A DNA stretch of 64,000 nucleotides from assembly GCA_002633005.1 (NCBI GenBank), contig NMRA01000077.1, positions 620,001-684,000 of the forward strand, read 5' to 3'. The notes beneath the pieces were generated by a model, which did no database searches, was not told where the DNA came from, and saw nothing but the letters and a program-made list of their open reading frames with translations. The stretch is from Phoronis australis (lineage: Eukaryota > Animalia > Phoronida). The first letter of the stretch is position 1, and the number at the start of each line of letters is the position of its first letter. This document shows positions 53,755 through 64,000 of the stretch, in pieces. Made by a program: the position numbers and the translations under genes.

Positions 53755-54242
53755 AGTTTTTGGCGTCCGGCGCTTTAGTTCTGCCAAACCGCTCAAAGGA
53801 TAATTTTGAAAATTGGCATATGTGTTCATGCAGGAGAGAGCAGGACTGACGTTCATTTTTTATTAGGTTTGAATAGTGTGGCGCCCCCTAGTGCTATTTT
53901 TTTTGCATTCATGGCTATATCTCTAAAACCCTTACAGAATCTTTGTGTACTTTGGAAAGTGTATTCCAACAGATGGTGACCTCCTTTGGGCAGATCCAAC
54001 TATTGGTGTGCCTCGAAGTGGCAATTTTATTTTTTTAGAATCACCTCTCTATCTTTGAAGATTCTTGACAGATTTTCATGAAAATAAGGAAATTGGTTAC
54101 TGTTAAGGAGATGACGTTGCCTTCCTATTTTTGGATGGTTCGTCATATTCTGCACCAGTATTATGATACTAATAAACACCACTATAAGCATACCATTTCC
54201 GGTGCAGTCATGGGTATATTTTAACACTACATTGCTCTTGTT
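53755..54242 (+). mobile_element. HINE family B, 3' part (diverged)
   Basis: Core-unit homology (GGCGCCCCCTAGTG, CATGGCTATATCTC) and 3' end GGTGCAGTCATGGGTATATTT...CATTGCTCTTGTT. Confidence 0.7.
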
Positions 54243-54684
54243 ACTGTCTAGTACCCCTCAAAGAAGCTGGGGTATGCTTTTGGAAATGGGGGAGGGGGCT
54301 ATAACGGGTAATGCGTAATAAAATGTAATGCAATTTGTATATGCCTAGTTACAACTATATTCCTAAAAGTGGCATAATGATGTGTTTTAATTCAGACATT
54401 CTGATTAGGTTACATATAACGTTAAAGATATTAAAAAATAACCATTTTTAAAAAATATTCAAAAGAAATTTGGTACTCTTTTGCAAATGTTCATCATTTA
54501 TATGTATTCTTCAGTCTATTTGTTTCCTTTCTGTTGTTGCTTACCTAATTTCAGGGCACATATTTCAAAACCTTTCTTGATTTTTGATTGGTTGACACTG
54601 TCATCTGTTGCTTTCTGATTGGTTGATTTTTGTTGTAGCACCTTATGCATGTCGGTTGTAGTCATGTCCAGGTTATGATTTCAG

Positions 54685-54738
54685 ACCAACTTACACCGAG
54701 TCTGCGACCGAGGGCAAATACATATGACAGTCGCTCGC
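54685..54738 (+). CDS. Candidate 54-bp cassette micro-exon of the ERG gene
   Basis: Acceptor atttcag| and donor C|gtgagt; symmetric phase 1 to 1, open in the required frame (D)QLTPSLRPRANTYDSRS(P). Inferred from sequence only. Confidence 0.55.
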
Positions 54739-56883
54739 GTGAGTAACGTGCTAACCCACCATGCATCTGCCTGTTATGAGTTGACGCCACTAACATTCTA
54801 GGGATGTCTTCTCACTGATAATTACAGAAACATCTCAACAATTTCGGGCAGCTATTGCAAAAATTGCCTCTTTTCAATTTTGAAGGACTTCTAACATGGC
54901 TGCAATTTTTGAAGTGTTTATGGTTGGTTTTTGCTGCACAGAACATGCTATAATGCATGTGCAAGTCATGTCATTTATGAAAAACTGGACTGTCGCGTGT
55001 CCTCCATAATGTGCCCTGAATTGTTGAGATTTTACTGTATCATGAAAGAAACGATACTTTTGGCAGTGAATCTTGTTGCACAAATAGTTTACAAGAACTT
55101 TGTTAGTGTGACCAGGCCTTTACTGGCCATGAATCATTGTTGAGGGACCTTGTCACATCAAACTCGTTCCCAAAATGTTCAAATCCATCTTTACATTGCA
55201 CTTAATGAGTTCTCCACTCATTTCCCTTTTTCAACGAGCTTCGTAAGTCCAGGCCTCAAAATTTCAGCTGGAGAAGCCATTGTATCTTTTAGCTGCTTTG
55301 GAAAACAGCCCTCAATACAAGATAAAAGCTTCTTTTCATCATCGAAATTAACTTTCTGTCAGGTATAACATTCTGAACTACAAGTTTCCTGTAGAAATAT
55401 TGTTTTTTTCAAATTAACAATGGGACCTAACAGCCATTTTTGGAATTGTGTGTCTTGTTATCTGGCCTGATGCCTTTAGCGTAATTTGATTCATTTTGAA
55501 GTTACTTTTAATTTCAGTATCTGTTGCTTATTTAGGAAAATGACAGATTTGTGTAACAGCGTATTTATAAATTTATTGGTTAAAAGTGTAGTGAGTGAGC
55601 TTATGGCCTGAGACAACAGACGCACAGTTTTGATTGGGCTTCCCTAACGCCACCTCTTGTGATGCTGCATGCTGGCTTCATTGGTTTTTGTGTGGTTTGG
55701 TATGTTTTTTTGGTAAGTTGCAGTTTTGCTTTGCAGTGGTTTGCAGTTTTTAGGTCCACGATTTTATCACTTCAACTAGACTATTTGTGATATATATGTT
55801 ACACTTTTGATTATGTGGTCTTATCAGTCAATGTTTTCAACAAATTTACTTTTTTCATGCTTTGTTGAATTTTGTTACACAGTTTTTCAGTACAAATTGA
55901 CAATTGTTGAGGGAAGGCTGCAACACCTCAACTCCCTCAGTTATGTGTGACCCATATATTTAAATTTTCCACCATGTTTGAATATTGGGTATTATATTAT
56001 ATTTTTGTTTTCAGTGAAAAGTTTTACTGTTCATTATATCTGTTGCCTAGTTACATGACACTGCTCTTTTTAAAAGTTGACAGGGAGGCTGCAGGAAAGT
56101 GAACTACTAATCGTTGGAAACTTGATGCTTGTATGTTTCCTGGTAGTCTCATGATGTCATCTGGCATTTGTCAAGCCTTGTCTTTTAGCTTGCTTTCAAT
56201 TAGAGTTTGGCATTTTTATGACCTGAAAACTGTTGTGATTTCCACTTAAAATTGAAGAGGCAGCTAGCACATAATTGAACAGCCCTTGAACTTAAAGCCC
56301 AGCCTTGGATAGTTCTTGAATTTAATTCTAACCTTCAAAAGCCCTTGAATTTTAGTTTTTAGCCTTGAAAATAATTGAATGGCCTCAATTGTGAATATGC
56401 ATGCAATTATTTTTCTTGCTGCAAACAACATATTTAAAAAAACCTGGACTGCAGCCATTTTCTTTATATGTTTTATACATTAAAGTAATTAATACATATG
56501 ACATAAGGTTTGCTAATTTGATTACTCTTTTCAAAGATTTTCTCCATTGTGAAAGGGGGTTGCAAGTTAATGCACATAAAGTTGGACCAAAATGGCATTG
56601 ATTTGCTTTGAGTATTTGTTGAACTACCCTCAAAAGTCATTGAAAAGTGCGTCAGTTTCTTCGTCAAAGTTGTGTATGGAGCATATAATGCCGTCACTAT
56701 CATATATTCTTTGAGATGACTCATCTTGAAAGTGACTCTTCACCCGACAAGTCAGACAAATGAATCAATCTTTGCTATTTACCTAACAAACACCATTCAT
56801 GAACACATCTTCATGCCCCTAATCAACTTCATGCTTCCAGGCCTGAAAATTTTTTTGTGCTCCTAGCCTTAGCTTTGTGATGA

Positions 56884-57091
56884 TGTTGATTAATGAGGAC
56901 CGACATGTTGATTAATGAGGACCGACATGTTGATTAATGAAGACCGACATGTTGATTAATGAGGACCGACATGTTGATTAATGAGGACCGACATGTTGAT
57001 TAATGAGGACCGACATGTTGATTAATGAGGACCGACATGTTGATTAATGAGGACCGACATGTTGATTAATGAGGACCGACGTGTTGATTAA
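56884..57091. repeat. 22-bp unit GTTGATTAATGAGGACCGACAT, about 9 copies
   Basis: Direct reading. Confidence 0.97.
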
Positions 57092-57180
57092 GACTACCAA
57101 CTATTTTGAAATTGGCCTGTGCCTCTCTTTTTTCCAAACTTCTTGAAGAATCATGATAGCAGGTGTGAGGAGAGCATGTC

Positions 57181-57373
57181 TAACTGGTATTGCGCCCCCT
57201 AGAGACTGTTATAAAGTTTAACTGGTATTGCGCCCCCTAGAGACTGTTATAAAGTTTAAGTGGTATTGCGCCCCCTAGAGACTGTTATAAAGTTTAACTG
57301 GTATTGCGCCCCCTAGAGACTGTTATAAAGTTTAAGTGGTATTGCGCCCCCTAGAGACTGTTATAAAGTTTAA
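57181..57373. repeat. 38-bp unit TAACTGGTATTGCGCCCCCTAGAGACTGTTATAAAGTT, 5 copies
   Basis: Direct reading. Confidence 0.97.
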
Positions 57374-59014
57374 ATTCTAGCATTGCTAACTGTAATGAGA
57401 ATGTTTAAAATAATGATCATCTCTTGTATCGGTGCTATACGCGATGCGCAGTTGGTAGTTGCGTATCAACTGCTGCTCTGTTGTCATGGGAATCAACTAA
57501 AACGGTTCATAAAGTAAAATATGCAAATTGGTTAAATACATGACATTTGTCATTAACAATCTTTATTTTGTTCCGTTCGTATCCTCAGAACATCTTCAAA
57601 TTGGTGCCATTCAAGAACGTCTTCTGCAATGCCATGAACGTAAACATCTTCAAATTGGCGCCATCCAAGAAAATTTTCTGCACCCGTCGTGGAATTGTGG
57701 AAAACACGTCAATTTGATACACAGAGCACGGTGTGCTGGGATTGAACGTATTGGAGTTACATTTGATTGCATTCGAGAAGCCTATTTTGAATGAGCAGCA
57801 AACTGGGTAGCGCCGCCCTATGCTACACTTGTTTATGTGACTTTCCTGTTACACCCCTCCATTTGTCATTCTTTGCAGTATTTTACTGACCTGCCATGTT
57901 CCACTGTGTATGTTTCTAGCTTTTGGTCTGTGGTGGTGTTATTGCATCATTTTATTTCCACTTGAGAATGAAACAAGTATGTTTCGAAATATCGTGCATC
58001 TTTTAATCATGTCTCTTGTTCAGTTGCTTTACCAATATTCTGTTGAGTGTCTAACTTTATTTCAAGGATACGAACGAATGGAAGGGAATAAAGATTGTTT
58101 ACGACAAGTGTCGTGTATTTAACCGATGTTGCATAACAGAAAATGGGCTCCTGAAGTACAGCCAAAGTAAAATATGGCAAATTGACCAAATTTGCCTTAA
58201 AAAATAACATCCACCTTCAATGAATCATTTTGATGTTGAAGTATGCTGGACTGGGCGTGTGTGTGTGTGTGTGTGCGCGTGCGTGCGTGCATGTGTTGTA
58301 TTTATGTTTGACTATTGTTTTTGAGAGATTTAGTCATGGATTTTGCAGTTATATTGATGTTTGAAACTGATTACCTAGCTGTCAGTTGTTGAGACTCTGG
58401 AGACTTAATTCCTAGTCAGATACACTGTTTAAACTGTTTTTGACATGTTTTGTGGCTGTGAGTGACAGGATTCCATCAAAAGTAGTTTCAGTAATATAAC
58501 TCCATGTTGAATGATGTGAAGGACACCTGTGGAATGGAAATGTAACTGTGATAAAACATGGTCGCCAGTTGGCGTTCATCGTGACTTCATCTGAATTAGC
58601 TCAACATGAGTCTGAAAACTTGTCGAGATATCAAGAATATTTTGTCATTGGGGGATGGGTCATTTACTGGAACATGCTGACATTGCATATTGAAAAGTAT
58701 TCGTGAACAATTTCTGGTTGCGGTTACATTTATAACATAAGGTTGGAAATTGTTAACAAAAGTTATCTAAGTTATATCTGATGCTGCTGTTCGCCTTCAA
58801 CTCACTTATCTGTTTTCATTGGCGTCAATAATTAAGGTCTTAGTTAGTGTTTCATTTTAACAAAAAGTCCTTTAACTTGGCATTAACTTTATGACTTCCT
58901 TAAAACTGCAAATCCTAGAAAAAATTGTATGTGTCAAGTTATGAGTATTGCGAATCAAACTTAATATTGAAAAAATGTGTTTTTGTGAAAATACAGCCGG
59001 TCTGCAACCATTAA

Positions 59015-59365
59015 AAGGAAACTAAACCCTGCCCTAATGATTTCAGCCTCTCATTGTTCTGTCACCTGCTAATGCATCATTGGCGCCCGAATCTTGAAAG
59101 ATAAAAGCAAGAATCAACTAAAAACTTAATACTCCTTATGTTGCGGATTGGATGATTCTTGTGATCTTTTTTCCATAGTTGCCTTGCAATTCACTATAAG
59201 CATAGGTCACGCTTATGCCCGTTTTGCAGACTTGGAAAAGAGTTCTCAAATTTTACTCCAAACTTTTGAGGGATTAGGGTTATAGAGCATTATTTTGTTT
59301 CGAGGGATTGGATGAGAATGTCGTTTTTCGTCTATTAATAAGACAAAATCGGGTTTGTTATCCTT
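59015..59365. mobile_element. Small TIR MITE with TTAA flanks (Kolobok-like)
   Basis: TTAAAAGGAAACTAAACCC ... GGGTTTGTTATCCTTTTAA. Confidence 0.5.
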
Positions 59366-59749
59366 TTAATAGGCGCATGTTAGATATTTGCGTCATTTTT
59401 ATGTGAAACGGAAGTGCATGCATGGGGTCACTATCTTTGTGTACAGATTTTGAATAATGGATTACAGATATCTCCTATCATTGTTTGGACCTGCTGCAAG
59501 TCGGGTGATTTATAAATAATTTACCGATTTTTCAACTATAACATGGCTATATGCATAACATATATCATTGTGTTGTAGGATCAATATGGTCTCCAGCAGG
59601 CGATGCCAACGATGTGTCATGGTTTGCGTGTGTTTTTAATGCAGACTGTATGTGTATCCCATCATGAGTGATACATTTTCCACACTACTCAGTTATGCAA
59701 ACTTCTTCGCAGTATGACAATGTCTGACTGGGGTGTTGTCGTTTTCCAG

Positions 59750-59967
59750 CATCGGCGAATCACATGAAATCACGTCTTCTCAACCTTCAAACTCAGGCCA
59801 TATCTGACACTGAACTCGCCAAAATGAGGCCGGGCATGATGTCACAGCAGGGGAGTGGAGACATGTTGGGCTTGAACGAGCGTGACGGGCTGTATGGCTC
59901 CACCAAGGCTATGTTCCTTCCCAGCATGCAAAATGTCAAACACAACGTTTCCGAGAAAGTTGCTCAG
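59750..59967 (+). CDS. KCNH2: ERG channel proximal N-terminus exon (equivalent to human exon 5)
   Basis: Acceptor ttttccag| and donor CAG|gtgagt; 218 bp, phase 1 to 0. ASANHMKSRLLNLQTQAISDTELAKMR...KHNVSEKVAQ compared with hERG [22 protein letters not shown]...THNVTEKVTQ, ending at the same intron position. Confidence 0.92.
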
Positions 59968-61886
59968 GTGAGTCTGCCTTCAAGATTATTTTTTAATTGA
60001 AGCGGTGCGCGTACAGTTTTCAATGTTCCTGTGGAATGTTTTTTGTATTTGATCGTTTTGGGAGGCACACTACCACCAAACATTTCCTTTGTTATTGTGT
60101 AGTTGAATATTCATGAATAAATAAAAACATGAAGGAAAGAAAACTTGGATGAGCTTTTGCAATGAGCATCAAGAATGTGCCATGAAATTTTTTATCTAAT
60201 TCAGAGTTGCCATTGGATCTCAAGAGTTTAAAAGTTTTCCATAATGAAAAAACTTGTATTGGCGCTCAGGGATAATTTCCGAGTACACCCCATGTCAGCA
60301 AATATAGATTTACATTGAGCCTCTCTTATTCCTCAACTACAGCCATTAAAATTGTGTCGACAATCAGTCCTTCTTTGTCTTGCCATAACAGGCTAATGTT
60401 TGACCAGGTAACAAACTCGATATCAAGGGGTTCTTGCAAACCAGGCCCTCAAGAAATAAAAAAATATGGGGGACTTCTGCGAATACGAACTTTGTCCCAC
60501 CTGCGGTTACCTTATTTACTTTCACCAAAGTCACACCCTCTTGTATCCATGCACAGACTCTGCAAATTACTGGGTACCACGTTCCCTCCATCTGATTACA
60601 ACATTGGTTCATCTTGTGAAAATGCAGTTCCCAACTGTGGATTTTTGTGTTTGGGTAAACTGAAATACAATAGGATCTATGGTTGTGTAACATACTGAGA
60701 CAGCTGACAAGATCATACCAGAAAGATGACACTCACACAAAAACGTCGAGTGGAAAAGTACAAAAATTTAACACGACCCAATTGTCTAGGCTGTCTAAAT
60801 TCATCCCCTGGGCCCTATTGTTTTTGTGAACATTTTGTGCATGGCTTAATGAGGTTGCATGCAGCTGCATTCTGACGCAAGGATTATGGCCAGGGTAGAG
60901 TTCAGTAACTCAAGACTGTGAGATTACACAAGATATTGCCGTGTGTTTTCAATGAGAGCACATGATTCGGCACATTTTTCTTGCTTTGAGCCGTCCATGC
61001 CAAGAATTGTACGATGACACTTGGCCTACCTCAAATTCCAACGCCCCCTGGTGGTTGGTAATTTGTCCATTATGTTGCACACACCACAGAATAAATGACG
61101 CACAGTACAACGCGCGAGCTCTGGCCAACATTCGGTTAAAATTCACAGGCTAAAAGTCACATTTCTTGTCCAAATTTAAAAATTCAAAAACCAAACGTCT
61201 ACTTTTCATGAACGATTCAAATATGCTATTTAAAAAACTTTCAAATCGATATTAAAAAAAAATTTGTTGCTGCCGACTGTGTTTATGGTGGGACTGATTA
61301 TCTAAGAACAATAACATCAGCAGCCTGAGGCAATTTAATTAACATCAACAGCATGAGGTCTTTGATCCGAACTGGCAAGTCCTGAGGTAGGCAAACCGGT
61401 CAAGTTGCCCAATGTGGACCGGTTTTGGTGTCAGCGTAGGATTGTTGTCATGTCAACTGAGCTCTACCCTGATTTAAAGACCATTGAAGTAAGTTGGTTA
61501 CATTGTTGCTTGGCAACTGTTACCATGTACAACTTACTATGACACCTGTAGTTTGATGCAAGTATGTGCTTTATAAATTTTGGCCATGTGTAGTGACGTA
61601 GTACAGGTACTTCGTTGCAATTTACCAACTGTCACTATGGGACCATCACCATGACAACACCTGTCTCTTTCTTGTTCAACGCTAACCGCTATTAGGATGA
61701 TGAGGGTGATGGTAAAGTACCTTGGTACAAACCATTAATTGACAAGGTAGATAGATTATTGTGTGGTATGACATTGGGTTGTTGTGCATTAGTTCCAACC
61801 TCGGTTGATTTTCATATTGTTTCCTGTCCTACAGCACAGTTCACAAATATTGTGTTGAATGGGTGGCAAAGGGGGCGTCTTGAGGA

Positions 61887-62045
61887 CAGCAAGGGGTGGC
61901 CAGCCAGTCAGCAAGGGGTGGCCAGCCAGTCAGCAAGGGGTGGCCAGCCAGTCAGCAAGGGGTGGCCAGCCAGTCAGCAAGGGGTGGCCAGCCAGTCAGC
62001 AAGGGGTGGCCAGCCAGTCAGCAAGGGGTGGCCAGCCAGTCAGCA
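61887..62045. repeat. 22-bp unit CAGCAAGGGGTGGCCAGCCAGT, about 7 copies
   Basis: Direct reading. Confidence 0.97.
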
Positions 62046-62210
62046 CAGCCATCCTTAAAGATTGCCAGTGACTTCAGTCAACGTATTTTCTGCTTATTTT
62101 GCATTTTCAACCTCATTTTAGTTGTAACTGAACGTAACTCCATAGTGTCCAAAATAACAAAACAGAAAAAATTGGTTAATTAACAAAACTATGAAACGCA
62201 AACGTTTTTA

Positions 62211-62495
62211 CGTCTGGTCTGCACGCCAGTTGTTGGCCACACTGACATGACCTCATGAACATCAGTCTGAAAATATCTGCCCCGACTGGGACTTGAACCG
62301 AGGACCTTCTGCTAAACATGCAGACTGCCTACTGCTGAGTCTGATTAGATTTCTGTGGTGTGCATACTAATGGACTAGAGTGTCTGCTCAGTAGCAGAAG
62401 GTCCCAGTTGGAGTCCCAGTCGGGGCAGAAATCTGTTCAGGCTCATGTTCATTAGGTCACGTGATGTGACCAACAGGTGGCGTGCACACCAGGCG
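62211..62495. mobile_element. Palindromic element made of two divergent tRNA-like arms
   Basis: Arms 62211-62325 and 62383-62495 are reverse complements (TCTGCCCCGACTGGGAC / GTCCCAGTCGGGGCAGA; GGACCTTCTGCTA / TAGCAGAAGGTCC); B-box-like GGTTCAAGTCCC on the - strand. Confidence 0.75.
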
Positions 62496-64000
62496 ATCTA
62501 TATTTCCACGCCGGTTTAAGATTAACATATTTACATATTCAAAAACTATAAAACGTGTTCAATCAGTTCTGATTTTTATAATCACAACTTCACAAATGTC
62601 ACGTGATCACCTGAAGTTGTGTTAATCAAAGGTCAGACTGATGCATCATGTGATCTGGTATCACATCCAAGTCAGTATCACCGGACATGTTGTTCTTGCC
62701 AGCGCGAGAATAAGAAAACATTGACAATTTACCTTGCTGTTTGTAAGCTGTTTTGTGACAGGTTTGCAGATTTTTTTTTGAAATCTTAGAACAGGACTAT
62801 CTTTGAGGTTCTGTGAAGAAATGGGGTGAAAGTAAGTGATATTCCCCAAAATAATCGTAAAAAATTATAGTCATTGGTATTCTTTAAGACATCCTCTTGT
62901 GTCCAAGTGTCACACATTCAACAAAATATTTGTATTGTTGTACTGTAATATTGTGTTGTAGAACCAACTCATGCTGCAGTCCAACTTCATGTTAACACTT
63001 CATTTAAATTTGCAGTTCTGGTATATTGTTGTATGTAGCCTAAGTTAGACTAAGTTGTTACTAATGACCCTATCCAAGAATGTGTAGACATTGTAGCAAA
63101 AAGTATGAATGTGAGACATATTTTCAAGTATCCCATGTATGTGTTAGTACATTCTATTAATGCTGTGAAATACGCTGTGAAATATAGGAATGTAGAGCCA
63201 ATCTGTATACAGTGGTAGAGGCCGTATTTCACAGATGGTGTAGTTTCCTGGTGGAGTAAATTGGCGTGTACGAAGGCAAATTTGATTAGACTCGTTCATG
63301 TGGGTTATCTAAAACATCCATCCAAAGCGTCGTTCCTGAAAAAGCAGTATATACTTTCAGCAAAGATTTACCGATGAAAATTCCGACGCATGGTGATCAT
63401 GCAGCTATTTTTAAGCCTCACAAGTTTTAATCTGGGTCATCATAAATTGGTCAGTGTCCTACATATCCCCTACAAAATCAGACAATAACCCAATTCATAT
63501 TAAACGAAAACATTTTGTTATGGATACATAAGGTATATCTACACTGGAAACTAACAAGTACAGGAAATTGTGACCTAATATCGAGTATGTGTTTTTTTTT
63601 TACTGATAGTCGTCTGCTCGCAGCATTCTTCAACTCTCCCTCGCTTGTAGCGTAAAATCTGTTTTTTTGCGATACAGTCCTTACGGTACCTCAAGTTCTG
63701 CGAATCTGAGCACAGTTTCCATCGTTATTTTCCAATGCTGTGATCAACATGGGGAAAATATTTCTATTACTGTTTCCATTCCAGAAGCTAAGACATGAAA
63801 ATAAATCTAGAAAATTAAGAAATTCATCATTATTAGCTAAAACCACACTTTTCAACTACACAACTGTTGGGTTATTGTGAGATTCCAGATGTATTGTTTC
63901 TATTTCCTACAAACTTTTAATATTATTGAGTGATTCATTGTTTTAACTTGTATATTTCACAAACTGAAATTTTTATAAATTTACTACGAAATAAAACTTT

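Noticed and set aside
54639-54684. Alternative upstream acceptors for the micro-exon
   Set aside because: Each gives an in-frame stop in the required phase 1.
56260-56690. CCTTGAA-rich segment resembling a hAT MITE
   Set aside because: Termini are too eroded to define boundaries or a TSD.
56884-57373. Adjacent 22-bp and 38-bp repeat arrays (also 30645-30870 and 19926-20086) as a CRISPR array
   Set aside because: Units are contiguous with no unique spacers, there are no cas genes, and the context is a eukaryotic intron.
61759-62183. Repetitive Gly/Gln/Ser ORFs open in three frames
   Set aside because: A stop-free 22-bp minisatellite, not a protein.
62280-62430. Functional tRNA genes
   Set aside because: Acceptor and D arms and anticodon loops are degenerate; treated as tRNA-derived repeat arms.

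Overview
Eukaryotic (invertebrate animal) genomic DNA, AT-rich, with two assembly gaps (3857-4070, 30871-31571). The window lies inside one large + strand gene: an ether-a-go-go-related (ERG, KCNH2/6/7-type) voltage-gated K+ channel. Five N-terminal coding exons splice in frame with canonical GT-AG sites (34571-34801, 39997-40125, 48388-48572, 49164-49302, 59750-59967), running from the PAS domain to ...HNVSEKVAQ. I also found a candidate 54-bp cassette micro-exon (54685-54738). I did not find the first coding exon or any transmembrane exon, so they probably lie outside the window. The introns are full of non-autonomous transposons: two Helentron/DINE-1-like (HINE) families, a hAT derivative with a 5-bp TSD, Kolobok- and ISL2EU-like elements with THAP remnants, a pogo/Tc2-like element, Harbinger-type MITEs, a CAC...GTG MITE, a Penelope fragment and many minisatellites. 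The most notable signals are a ~145-bp-periodic array of CTCF-like motifs carried by a HINE, the micro-exon with splicing-regulator motifs, and a palindrome built from two divergent tRNA-like heads. There is no prokaryotic system or CRISPR array, and most ORFs in the track are spurious. All family assignments come from manual motif recognition, not database searches.
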